A DNA stretch of 63,931 nt, filler included, from Octopus bimaculoides (lineage: Eukaryota), in the NCBI RefSeq assembly GCF_001194135.2. It is 7 parts of 7 records of this genome, joined end to end, with 100 filler letters (N's around TTAATTAATTAA, not from the genome) between each part and the next. Parts side by side here need not be neighbours in the genome. Positions count along the whole stretch, not along the records: positions 35,734 to 41,257 come from NC_068989.1; positions 41,358 to 54,634 come from NC_068982.1; 5 more parts are not named here. One strand, 5' to 3'. This document shows positions 40,710-53,599 of this stretch, piece after piece. How positions within the stretch are numbered: the stretch's first letter is position 1; each line of letters starts with the position of its first letter. The translations under genes and the position numbers were made by a program. Below the pieces are notes generated by a model. It searched no databases, was not told where the DNA came from, and saw only the letters and a list, made by a program, of their open reading frames with translations.

Positions 40710-40885
40710 TAGTGTGTGTCTGTATTTATGTTTATGTCACTATTTACCATTATCTGATCCCTGTCTAATTCCATACGAAAACAGCACCAGTCTTAAGCTG
40801 CTGTGCAGTTAATGAAAACATGTAACAGAAACCAGTCAACAGGTTTAAGCTATTAATTTTGAATGGGAAACCCTGACGACAATGG

Positions 40886-40916
<31 letters not shown>

Positions 40917-41357
40917 CACTACTACTACTAACAGTAACAACAACAACAATAATAATTATGTTGTTGTTGTTATTGCTTCTATTACTTTTACAGAGTCACA
41001 GCTGGTCTAGGCCGCAGAATGCCATCCAGCAAGCAGAAGGGTCTGAAGTTCTTATCCTAATCACAGTGTTGCCGTTTTTCCGCAATTCTCCTCTCAGTCC
41101 TCATCACCATCATCGCCGTCGTCATCATCATCATCATCATCGTCGTCGTCATCATCATCGTCGTCGTCATCATCATCATCTCAACTAATAAAAGTACTTC
41201 CAGCATCACCATCATCTCCGCTATTGCTAGTACCTCATCTATCAGTTTATCACATTTNNNNNNNNNNNNNNNNNNNNNNNNNNNNNNNNNNNNNNNNNNN
41301 NTTAATTAATTAANNNNNNNNNNNNNNNNNNNNNNNNNNNNNNNNNNNNNNNNNNNN

Positions 41358-41449
41358 TTTTTGACTAAAACACAACTGGAACCCTAAGTAAGGCATCTGT
41401 AAAATTTGAATGAAATTGGTTGCGTAGTTCTCGAGTTTTAGGGATTCAC

Positions 41450-41516
<67 letters not shown>

Positions 41517-41545
41517 CACATTCTCATTTTTATATATATAGATAT
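41358..41545 (+). mobile_element. Possible non-autonomous Helitron-type element 3' end with (ACAG)n
   Basis: aaaatttgaatgaaattggttgcgtagtt...(ACAG)n...tttatatatatagat resembles Lep1/HINE-like ends. Confidence 0.4.
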
Positions 41546-42289
41546 ATTAAGACTCCTTTTGGCATATTGCTCATTAATATTAACATAAGGTTTAGAAGAC
41601 GTCAATTATAATTAATAGTATGAAGTTAGATTATTGTCCTGGGGGTAGACTTCGGCTTTTTCCCGAATAAGAGCTCTTTTAGCAATATATTACAAGGTAT
41701 TATATATAACTATTTTCCCACCAAGGTATATCGTTAAGTAATTATTTAGACAGTGTTTCGTTATAAATAACAATATTTTCAAGCAATGTTTCTTTGCTTT
41801 ATGATTGAAATACAAATATTATGTATTTGTGAAGAATAATATAGTCCACTTCCAAAAGAAAACCAGTTCACTTATCGGCAAAGCTTGAAGTTCGAAAATG
41901 CTTTAACTCATAGAATTGATGATCCTTCTCCATATCTTTTGTTCTACGACAAAAAAACGTCCCTGCATCTCTGGGATAGCTAGCTACATGCTCTCTTCAT
42001 TTAAGCTCTTCTAACTTCCATCATTCCGCAAACCTCAGTTGAAAATTCCTCTGCCTGAACTAGAACACGCCACCCTTTTTCTCAACAGCTGTTCAGATCT
42101 TTGGAAATATAAAGGATTTTTGCTGTTGTTAACAGTTGTTGCTTTTTTGTCTATCAGACAGCGATCTACAGGCAGATGTTCAAGCTGAAACATCAACAGT
42201 ATCATCGATCAATCAGACAAGTCCCGGAGGGTTCTCAGAGGTTATGGGTACTTATGCTTTTTTCTGACTCTAGTAAAAAAAAAAAGGAA

Positions 42290-42355
<66 letters not shown>

Positions 42356-43477
42356 ATATTGTTTGAACTGGAAAGGGAGGTGACAGGGCCAAATACCGAT
42401 TCGGTTATGACTTATAGTGCATTTCAAATGGCTTTTAAAGTTACCTATTTATAATGAGATAAATATACATAATACATGGACAGAAACANNNNNNNNNNNN
42501 NNNNNNNNNNNNNNNNNNNNNNNNNNNNNNNNNNNNNNNNNNNNNNNNNNNNNNNNNNNNNNNNNNNNNNNNNNNNNNNNNNNNNNNNNNNNNNNNNNNN
42601 NNNNNNNNNNNNNNNNNNNNNNNNNNNNNNNNNNNNNNNNNNNNNNNNNNNNNNNNNNNNNNNNNNNNNNNNNNNNNNNNNNNNNNNNNNNNNNNNNNNN
42701 NNNNNNNNNNNNNNNNNNNNNNNNNNNNNNNNNNNNNNNNNNNNNNNNNNNNNNNNNNNNNNNNNNNNNNNNNNNNNNNNNNNNNNNNNNNNNNNNNNNN
42801 NNNNNNNNNNNNNNNNNNNNNNNNNNNNNNNNNNNNNNNNNNNNNNNNNNNNNNNNNNNNNNNNNNNNNNNNNNNNNNNNNNNNNNNNNNNNNNNNNNNN
42901 NNNNNNNNNNNNNNNNNNNNNNNNNNNCTACCACCACCACCACGCCGCCGCCACCACCACCACCACCACCACCACTACCACCACAATCACAACAACAACA
43001 ACAACAACAACAATAAAAGCAACAATAGCCACAACACCATTTGATTTATTAGCATTCACATTTCAATTCTATATAATGTTAAATAGTAAAATTTCACAGA
43101 AATAGATTTGTATTGCTATTGATGTTAATAGCCACATAAATAATACTGCCTCTTTACTCTCAGCAACGTAGAATTAATCGAGATAACGTGGCTAGTTTTT
43201 ATGAGGTTATTTGGCTTGCTAGAAGTAACAGCTTAATCTTCCCACTGTCTGAAGAACGTGCATTCTACTGTCTTAAAATACAAGGAAAACAAAACAAAAA
43301 TAAACAGTAAAACATTCGTTAATGTAGCCGTAGATGTATAAAATACAGAATGGTCGTATTTGGCTTTGCCCTCTGGATCAATCAATTATGGATCTAAGGG
43401 ATTCATGTGACAAGAGATCATCTTTGAAATTGTTCCTCTGCTCTTACAGGATTTCAGAATAATCAAGCATCGCAAAA

Positions 43478-43527
43478 GTAGCAGTAGTAGTAGTAGTAGC
43501 AGTAGTAGTAGTAGTAGTAGTAGTAGT

Positions 43528-43623
<96 letters not shown>
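43478..43623. repeat. (TAG)n/(CAG)n compound microsatellite running into a gap
   Basis: Direct reading. Confidence 0.95.
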
Positions 43624-44634
43624 NNNNNNNNNNNNNNNNNNNNNNNNNNNNNNNNNNNNNNNNNNNNNNNNNNNNNNNNNNNNNNNNNNNNNNNNNNNNN
43701 NNNNNNNNNNNNNNNNNNNNNNNNNNNNNNNNNNNNNNNNNNNNNNNNNNNNNNNNNNNNNNNNNNNNNNNNNNNNNNNNNNNNNNNNNNNNNNNNNNNN
43801 NNNNNNNNNNNNNNNNNNNNNNNNNNNNNNNNNNNNNNNNNNNNNNNNNNNNNNNNNNNNNNNNNNNNNNNNNNNNNNNNNNNNNNNNNNNNNNNNNNNN
43901 NNNNNNNNNNNNNNNNNNNNNNNNNNNNNNNNNNNNNNNNNNNNNNNNNNNNNNNNNNNNNNNNNNNNNNNNNNNNNNNNNNNNNNNNNNNNNNNNNNNN
44001 NNNNNNNNNNNNNNNNNNNNNNNNNNNNNNNNNNNNNNNNNNNNNNNNNNNNNNNNNNNNNNNNNNNNNNNNNNNNNNNNNNNNNNNNNNNNNNNNNNNN
44101 NNNNNNNNNNNNNNNNNNNNNNNNNNNNNNNNNNNNNNNNNNNNNNNNNNNNNNNNNNNNNNNNNNNNNNNNNTATATATATAGCGTTCACAATAATAAT
44201 TTTTGTATCGCCTTGGCCTAACAGCCCTTACCGCTTGTTTTCACTGTCCTGTCTTGCTTTTACCGTCTTGTTCTCACTGTCCTGCCTGTTCTTGTTAACA
44301 CTTTCATCCTCCGCAAAAAATTCCAAATTTTATTTAATTTGCTTTGCGGGAAGGACTGTTCCAACGAAATCGCATATTGTCCATGCCTTCGAAACGCGGA
44401 GTAGATGGACAGGGACAACTGATGAAGGAGAATATTCTTTATGTTGCATGTCTCGTTTCTCTGTTTGTTTTTTTCGTTGTTCGAAAAAAGTTCGTTTTCT
44501 GTTTTCGTTTTTGTTTTCGTTTCGCGTTGTGTTTAACGTTTTTTGTGATATCGTGTACCCATGTATGCAATTATATATACATATATATGTAGGTATGTAC
44601 ATATATGTATGGATATATGCATATATTTATATAT

Positions 44635-44672
<38 letters not shown>

Positions 44673-45139
44673 CAAAGGATTAACATGCTTAGTGGTTTAG
44701 CTGTAAGGGTAGTTGTGCTCGAGGAATGAACATGTTTGATCATTTATCGTCAAAAAGGAATATGTTTCATAGTTTATTTTAAAGATTGAACACATTTAAT
44801 AGCTTAACTCCATGGGTTAAACATATTTACCTCGACCAAACTATCTGGGGTTAATAAACAAAGGACAGAAATGAAGTCCTACTGTCAGGAATTTCGAGCA
44901 TATTCTTCAGATTCATCTATTCTTTAACCCTACCAAGATATATAATATTGTTCTCTAACTTTATTACAATATCATGTTTTTGAGGAAGGAAGTAGAGTAA
45001 ATCAATCGATTATATCGAGAATTACGACCTACAGACTTCACTGGAATTTATTTCATATACATTAAATTATGATATACTATGTAGTTCCGGTAGGATTTGA
45101 GATTTGAACGTAAAATAACAATCAAATATATATTGGCTT

Positions 45140-45345
45140 CAAAGTTTGGAAAAAGGCTTGCAATTTCGGGTGAGTTGGTAAGTTGATTACATCGACCGCA
45201 GTACTCAGCTGGTTTTTATTTTATCGACTCCGAAAGGATGAAAGGAAAAGGCGACCTCGACGGAATCTGAACTCAGAATGTACCGACGAATTACCGCTAA
45301 GCATTTCACCTGACATGCTAACGATTCTGCTAGCTAAACGGCTAA
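45140..45345 (-). mobile_element. SINE (same family as 3292)
   Basis: atcgactccgaaaggatgaaaggaaaaggcgacctcgacggaatctgaactcagaa..gctaacgattctgc. Confidence 0.8.
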
Positions 45346-47149
45346 TAATTAAATATATTTTACAATATGTAGTTTCTTCCTTTATGGTTCTTGTTTTTGT
45401 TGTTTAATCCACCGTATTTATTATCAAAGGTATTTCACCCCTAACCATCCTATGTTTTGTCTACTTACTTTCTCTCCGAGCAGGAAATCAGGGGTCACTT
45501 TGTATTTTTTTTTTCTCTTATGAGAGTATGGATTGAGTTAGAGTTGGTATTTGTTTCTAGCAGAGCAGTGACCACATAGATGCTCTCTTGTTTTACCTCT
45601 TTACTTCATGGTATAGTCAGATGAGGCAGAGTAGCACTCATGATGCTTGGAGGGCTCCTGAGAATGGTGAGGAAAGTAAGGTGCTGCATGCAGACTAACA
45701 ATCTGGTCTGAGTAATTAGAACTGAGTTTGTCTCCGCTTACAATTGATGATATTATTCTACGTTGCTCTACCAATTCTGCTATCTACTATCGATTTATAT
45801 CTTATATTTTGAGTACCTTCACCATTTTCCAAGACTAGTTGTTATAAACGCATATTCGTCGTAAAGAAGTTAATCTCTTGTAACGAAATACAACAGCGAT
45901 TTGCATATTCACGTTCGAATCTACCGAAACATACTGCGAATAAATATTCAAGTCCTTGCACACTATTTCAATTATAATAGTTGTAATCACGATCTATTCC
46001 TCTTATTGCGAAGATTATGATGGTGTAAATTTATAAATCGATTCAATCATCATGCATTAATTTCATTATTTTTGGTGTATTTATTCAATCTAAGCATACG
46101 TAGATCTGTGTTTTCCAGATAACCAACACAACAGAGACGCACATACGGTGGCGTTGGTGTGTAGAACATATTTTCTCCAAGCATTATCATTTTCCTCATG
46201 GCTAGTGGCTTAAACCCTACTAAGCCAAGACTGGATTGATCTATGATCGAAGTGTTCAAGCCTTCTTTTCAGGTATAATATATCTAGCATTCCATTATCT
46301 CATGTGAAATTTCTCAAACTGTACCGATTATCTATAAACGATATGACGCAAATTGAGTCGTATTTCGTTGCTCTTTCTATCAGTTCGTAAATTTAGGTAG
46401 AGGAATTGCATCGATAGTGTCTTTCAAGCAAGAGGTGAGGAATAATTCTATGAGTGTATGTATAAATTGATTTGCCAAATATACAGCATAGCACAGTATA
46501 CAAACTCATTAACTAAAGCGAAAATACAGAGTTTGGTAACTGTTCAAGTCAGTCAATGTATCATGCGTATCAGTTATCATTTAAATCTAAGTTATGCATC
46601 AATTAAGCTTAACGTGACATTCCTTTAATTGGACTCTCAAACAGTTAATTGCGATGTATAATGAGTCAGCCTAAAGATGAGATGGTATTATTATAACACC
46701 TTGATAAATAACAAAGCTACTGAAATACTTTTTAAAATTCGAATCTATTAATAATGAATTGTTGAGTAACTTATATATGCAAGTAACTATCATTATAGGG
46801 ATATATGTAATTTACTACGCAGTAGCTTCTCCTGTAATCAATAGATAATTGGTAAAGAAAAGCCGTCCAGTTACGTCTATAACTAGTAAGCAAATGAATT
46901 ATTTTTTAATCCTCTGCCTGTCCTAAGCATTTTCATAAGTTCGTCCGACATGTCCATGCTTGTTTTTAGACTTTTAGTTAGCCTTTGTTCCAACCGTTCT
47001 GAGTAATATAAAGCTTTCTGTTCATAAGTCACAAATTACTCTGATAAAAAATGGATACGTGTTTTATATACGATGCTTAGCCGCCAGGGAACAGGTTAAA
47101 TAACTCGTGACATTTTGTATCTCAACTACTTATTGGTTGCGACGGTGAG

Positions 47150-47400
47150 ATAGAACTTTTGTTGAGGTTACAGAAACATTCGACTTAATCCCTGCCCCGA
47201 AATTGCTGGCCTTGTGCCAGAGCTTTAAATTATTATTATTATTATTTAGATGACGAACTGGCAAAATCTTTAGCACGTCGGAAAGAATGCATAGCAGCAT
47301 TTCTGCTAGCCCTTTATGCTCTGAATTCAAATACCACGTTCACCAATCTTGTATTTCATCCTTTCGGGATCGATAAAATACAATTCCAGTCAAATACTGA
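47150..47400. mobile_element. Two plus-orientation pieces of the same SINE family
   Basis: cgacttaatccc..ccgaaattgctggccttgtgcc, and gaactggcaaaatc.ttagcacg..ttcatcctttcgggatcgataaa. Confidence 0.65.
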
Positions 47401-49991
47401 GATTGGTGTAGGCAACCAACCCCTCTCTTTAAACCTATTGTCTTGAGCCAAAATTTGTGATCACTATTTTTGTTGTAGTTCTTGCTGCTGTTTCATAAAT
47501 ACATACAAGATCAGAAATTTGAGAAAAACTAGAGTAGAAGAAAGTTTAGATTCTTAGATATTAATATAAATATCTATTAAAATTGGCAGAAATATGTGGG
47601 GGTATTTTAAAAATATGTTAGAATCAATACTAAATTTTGAACTCGATTCCTCGAAATATTTTCGATGCCGAAGTGCCTCCTTATGGCCACTTAAAGTCTT
47701 GAGGAATTGTGATTATCACTTATTCTCACACACCTGCTATCAAGATTCTCCTTGTATTAAGATAGTATTGAATTGTGTCTAACATAAACAAATCAGTCTT
47801 TGCAAAAGAAACGAGTCTCACTAGCAGCACGTAAAAATATAAAGACTTAATCTTCAGTTAGGTGCAAGCCTCAAATGTACGGCTGAGAGTGAAAATATTA
47901 AATAAAAGAAAAAAAGTTGTGAACTGGACTCACCGAGACGGTGAAATATTTTCGATATTAGCTTTATAACACTAATGAGCTTCAATTGAGGCAACTTATT
48001 GTCATGAGGGTTTGAATATTTCAGCCTTCAATTATTAACTTATTGACTTGTATTAAAATAAAACTGAATTCTACGTAGCATAAGAAATTCAGTCCTTTAC
48101 AATATAAATTAACCTCACCACCTTCACAAGAATGTTAAACTTTTTTTTCTCTCTCTTTTTGTGATCTGTTCATCCCACGCACTCAATTAGATTTACATTA
48201 GCTACTATCATCGAATATTAAGATAAAAAAGGACACACGTTCTATTTCTCACCATCGTTGCCGGTATTACTTCAGATGTTGTTTAATTTCAATAAATTCA
48301 TTATTGTCTATTTCCTTTGCTCTTCAAAATTAGAGGGTATTCATTAGATTTCTGCAACAGTGATACATAATTATCTAGCATGTAAGCTTGCTTTCATTCA
48401 AGTGAACTATACGCCAAAAGGTCTGCACGAAAGGGACAAAGTTAACTCATATTACATATTAATGTAGCATATTTCAATGTAAATGTATTTTTTCCTTATA
48501 TTTTCTTTATATATTTAATAAAATTTAGAATTTAGAATATGTAGTATTTTCCTTCTTTTAAAATTTCCAATACATCTTTCTATCATCAACAATTTTTTAA
48601 GTATATTTTCCTCAGCGAGTAAGGATTTGCATTTCAGTATTTTTTATACCCTATTTTGAAATATCTATATTCCACACCATATCTCTTTTCTCAAGATATC
48701 TGACAGTTTCAGCGTCAATATTTCTGACTTAGTGAAATAAAAGATGGAAAAAGCTCCTGGAAAATGAAAAGTTTACAAACTAAATAGAAATGATTTAACT
48801 GCAAATGTTAAACTTCGTAAAAGTTTTCAGCAAACAAAATAGACGTGTTTAGATGTGTTCCATATCTATAAAGTTACAGTTGATACATAGCTTCGAATCT
48901 GCTCTGATCGAGGAAAATAAATCACCAGAAGCATTCCAGCCGTGACCATCTCGTCTTTATTTCAGTCGTTGTATAGAGTTGCACTGTCAAATGTGTTCTG
49001 TTTGCCACCTCGGAGTGTGATTTCAAGGATATTCAGCTGCTATTATCAGTAGGTCTAAGGCCCGTTTAGTAAATCACTTTGTTATTTATTTGGGAAAGGT
49101 TGGTTGTTCTACTTTGCAAATTTTTAATGTGCCTTAATTCTAAGATAAGATCGAAAAGAAACATTGTGTTACTAAGCACCTGCTTCGATATAAACACGAT
49201 GGAATTCGACATTACTTTCAGTAGCAGCCAAAACACCGAAATATTTATTCAACATTGAAATTAAAGAAAATGTCAACGAGATAAGATAAATTTATGTGGT
49301 ATAAAGGGTAAGATAACATTTTAGCTATTTTATGTAATCCATTGTATGGTGCACTATAGAATATAGCATTATTCTAGAGAACCAACAAGGGTGCTCTTGT
49401 CAAAAATGAGCTTCCCATTGGTCAAATCTCCCACAAATTACACACTATCGTCTTGTTAGTGACAGAATAGATTATATAATAAACGTCTAGATATACAGAC
49501 ACACCTGCCTCAGAAAAGAAATCGAATCGGGCTGAGAGGAATGCTTTCAAGCTTACCAAACTTGTTCTGAAAAAACTTCTGTTATTCCTTTCGGCTGGAA
49601 TGTTTTTTGTAACATGAGTGTTGTGATGGCGAGGTGCAGGAATAGAACAGACTTTAACTATCTACTGTGCGTAGCATTGTCCTCAATTGAATAATGATGG
49701 AATTATCGGTGAAGGAAGAGGTCTCACCATTTACATTGATTAATAAAAGCTAAGGTTTGCAATAGTTTTACTAAAGAGAAATATAAAAAAGCTTACTAAA
49801 TTAATATAACGAATTTGCTTCAACGTTTATTATAGTTATATCTTTCCATTAGAAATTAAAATCATTGCAATTGTTCAAAAATAGTTTTAGGATCTTAAAT
49901 AAATAATATGGCACAAATATGGAACAGATATATTGTAAAGATTATTTGGTGACCCCCTAACACCTGTTCGTGTGTGTCTAATAGTTCACAT

Positions 49992-50378
49992 GTTGTTGTT
50001 GGCACTCCGTCGCTTACGACGTCGAGGGTTCCAGTTGATCCGATCAACGGAACAGCCTGCTCGTGAAATTAACGTGCAAGTGGCTGAGCACTCCACAGAC
50101 ACGTGTACCCTTAACGTAGTTCTCGGGGATATTCAGCGTCACACAGTGTGACAAGGCTGACCCTTTGATTTACAGGCACAACAGAAACAGAAAGTAAGAG
50201 TGAGAGAAAGTTGTGGGGAAAGAGTACAGCAGGGTTCGCCACCAACCCCTACCGGAGCCTCGTGGAGCTTTAGGTGTTTTCATTCAATAAACACACACAA
50301 CGCCCGGTCTGGGAATCGAAACCGCGATCCTATGACCGCGAGTCCACTGCCCTAACCACTGGGCCATTGCGCCTCCAC
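49992..50378 (-). mobile_element. Full-length tRNA-derived SINE with 14-bp TSD
   Basis: Minus-strand head gtggaggcgcaatggcccagtggttaggg...ggtttcgattccc (A/B boxes) and (CAA)n tail. TSD ctaatagttcacat at 49978-49991 and 50379-50392. Confidence 0.9.
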
Positions 50379-50479
50379 CTAATAGTTCACATACACATGC
50401 ACTAACACGCTCAAATAAGCACATACACACATTTACATGTACAAATACATATAAATACATACATTAACTGACACTTCGT

Positions 50480-50775
50480 CAGTTACAACGACATGGGTTC
50501 CAGTCGATCTGAACGACGGAACAGCCTGCTCGTGAAATTACCGTGCAAGTGACTGAGCTTTCCACAGACACGCAGTTCTAATGGAGATTCAGCGGGACAC
50601 AGAATATTACAACGCAGACTCTTTGAAATACAAGTACAACTCATTTTTGCCAGCTGAGTGGACTGAAGCACCGTGAAATAAAGTGCCTTGCTCAAGGACA
50701 CAATGAGCCGCCCGGAATCAAACTCACAATCTCATGAACAATAACCAAATTACCTAACCATTAAGCCACGTGCTT
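50480..50775 (-). mobile_element. Older related tRNA-derived SINE
   Basis: Shares aacggaacagcctgctcgtgaaatta..gtgcaagtg with the 49992 copy and has a degenerate tRNA head. Confidence 0.7.
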
Positions 50776-50930
50776 TCGCTCATATATGCATTAACAAATA
50801 CACAAACACCGAAAATACGCATATACATACATATACACACAGTTCATGCATATTTAATGTTCAGAACATAACCATTCAACCGTTTTATTTGAAGTGTAAC
50901 ATTTTGCAATTTCTTTCTTATATATTTCAG

Positions 50931-51154
50931 ATACCATTATATTGAAACCATTGCTTAGTCCAATGTCATGTTCTAATCGATCAGAGAGAAAATGGCGCTT
51001 TATCATAGGTCACGCCTTGATTGATCTGATCGAAACTTACTTAGCACTATATCGTTCGATGATCGATCAGACCTATATAAAACATTGGCACCTAGTGTTG
51101 GCATTATTACGTATATTCTCAGACAAAGCCCAGATACAACAGAGGTCATATTGA
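50931..51154 (+). CDS. Possible downstream/terminal exon (frame unresolved)
   Basis: Strong acceptor tttctttcttatatatttcag|. Phase 2 (direct join to exon B) gives EYHYIETIA*; phase 1 gives an open frame of about 74 codons ending at 51154. Confidence 0.3.
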
Positions 51155-51610
51155 ACTACATTATACTGTAATGGAGAGAATTTTCACATTTCTGTTCTTA
51201 TGCTTGATGGAGCCGTCTGTCTGCACTTTATACTTATACGAGAAAATTCAAAAATCTGTTCCTTCGTAACAAAATTTTGCTTCCTGTTCAATTTCCACGT
51301 TTCTATATACATTATAAATGTTATATATACCGGTATTTTAATCGATTCTGTTTCAAGTGCCTATATCGATTTATATCAAGCTTGGTTAGATTGGTTTGTT
51401 TACCGATTTCTACATAAGAACAGACTTTTTCAATTTGGCTCAGCATATCCGAGGTATTCGCCACCGAGGAGACCAAATTAAGTCGAGACCTCATATGTAG
51501 TGACTCACTGGCATTCTGAGCAAAGCCCTACGTTATTTTAACGCACTAGTCGCTTTGAAAAGTTTCCCTCACACAAAATATTACAACTAGTGCATTTCCA
51601 CGGTTGTATA

Positions 51611-51686
<76 letters not shown>

Positions 51687-51690
<4 letters not shown>

Positions 51691-52316
51691 TAGTTTTATT
51701 TTTATAACGTGCTTTCACTTCACTACCGAGCGCAGCTCTGTGCGCCTTGGGTATGTGCTGTGGTTTGNNNNNNNNNNNNNNNNNNNNNNNNNNNNNNNNN
51801 NNNNNNNNNNNNNNNNNNNNNNNNNNNNNNNNNNNNNNNNNNNNNNNNNNNNNNNNNNNNNNNNNNNNNNNNNNNNNNNNNNNNNNNNNNNNNNNNNNNN
51901 NNNNNNNNNNNNNNNNNNNNNNNNNNNNNNNNNNNNNNNNNNNNNNNNNNNNNNNNNNNNNNNNNNNNNNNNNNNNNNNNNNNNNNNNNNNNNNNNNNNN
52001 NNNNNNNNNNNNNNNNNNNNNNNNNNNNNATCTTTGACAACTATATCTGGTCTATTGGCCTTAATTTCTCTATCTGTGTGTATTGGCATATCCCAGAGTA
52101 TGGTTGCTTTCTCGTTTTCTGTGACCTTTTCTGGCGTGTGTTTATACAATCTTTTTTCTGTTGTTATTCCATGGTGTTGGCATAGCTTCCAGTGTATATA
52201 GGTCCCAGCTCTGTCATGTCTGTGAATATATTCCTTCTTAGCCAGGACTGGGCAGCCAGAGATAATATGATTTATCGTTTCTTGTCCAATAGATCATATT
52301 ATCACTGGCTGCCCAG
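51687..52316 (-). mobile_element. 5'-truncated R4/Dong-type RLE LINE inserted in a (TAA)n array
   Basis: Near-identical to 5531-6120. Includes ETINHIISGCPVLAKKEY (zinc-knuckle end) and ILWDMPIHTDREIKANRPDIVVKD, with (ATT)n on both sides. Contains a gap. Confidence 0.9.
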
Positions 52317-52319
52317 AGA

Positions 52320-52394
<75 letters not shown>

Positions 52395-53252
52395 CATTAT
52401 TATTATTACGGACAGTTTATTATACTGCTATCTGAAGTGCGTATTTTACGTTTATATCTATATATATTGGAAAGATTATTTGGTGATCCCCTAACACCTG
52501 TTCGTGTGTGTGTATAATAGTTTACATACACATGCACTAACACGCTCAAATGAGCACATTTACATATACAAATACATATATAGGCAAATCGAAAAATAAA
52601 AATAGCAAAGCAACAAAAGTCAAAATGACGTACACATGGAATGTATAAGGTTCACTCTAATTATAAGACGGAAAAAAGAGTGCGTGTATAATGTTTTTAC
52701 ATGGCTTTTCGTCAGAAAGAGGAGGAGAGGTCCGGATAGAAGGAATATATATATATGTCCACATATATATATGTATTATATGATAAAAACAGACGAATGA
52801 GTTATCTGGTAAGAGTATTTATTCTGACATAAGCATAATACAATTAGATTTCGTAATATGTTGCATAACTCCCAATTCAAATATATACTGCTGATGAAGC
52901 TAACATTCAGAAATCCAGATCCCAAAAATTCACCACAAATGCTGGCCGACCTTCGCCTGCTATGTTTCAGTGCTTTTTGCACTACGTGCCTATAAGAGAT
53001 ACTTTCTCGAGATGAATACCTCAACTTATAACGCGTTCAACATAAACACACTTAAAGTATATATATAAAACAAAAGAGGGGGTGGTATTTCTATGCAGGA
53101 AAAACAGGAAAATGTGTTGTTGAAAATGCACCTAAATTTCAAAAACTCTTAAATGTTTAAAATACATTTATTTACATATATATCAAACTGCTTTCAACAA
53201 TATTTTTTGTTTATCAATGGTAAAGTTATGAATTAGAAAAACATCTTTAAAA

Positions 53253-53319
53253 GTTTCAATGTTGACAAATGAAAATGTTTCAATGTTGACAAAGTAAAAT
53301 GTTTCAATGTTGATAAATT
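53253..53319. repeat. 24-bp minisatellite, about 3 units
   Basis: gtttcaatgttgacaaa(tg/gt)aaaat repeated at 53253, 53277 and 53301. Confidence 0.9.
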
Positions 53320-53599
53320 AACATGTTCAAAACATATAAATTTAGCATTGTGAATTAGGAGAACAGGTGTAAGTTTGAGTGTTTATAGCAGTCAATAATA
53401 TTAAAACTGTGTATCAATTTGTTTGAATGTACAAAGTTCATTGATTTTAGTGGTGGTCGACGAGTCATACTGAAGAAAAACAAGGGTGAAATGGAAAGAG
53501 TAAAAAAAGGAATTTGGTTTACAGTTTCTCTGATCTTCTTCTAGTAGATGGTTTCGCTTGTAGTGGTATGTTTTGGGAGCAGATGTATTTATAATTTTT

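Noticed and set aside
40994-41040. Possible phase 2-1 bridging exon (VTAGLGRRMPSSKQK) between exon B and 50931
   Set aside because: The donor (gtctga) is poor and the acceptor tract derives from a microsatellite; too speculative.
50300-50378. tRNA-like sequences in SINE heads (also about 4745 and 56265)
   Set aside because: They have A/B boxes but continue into SINE bodies with tails and TSDs, so they are not tRNA genes.
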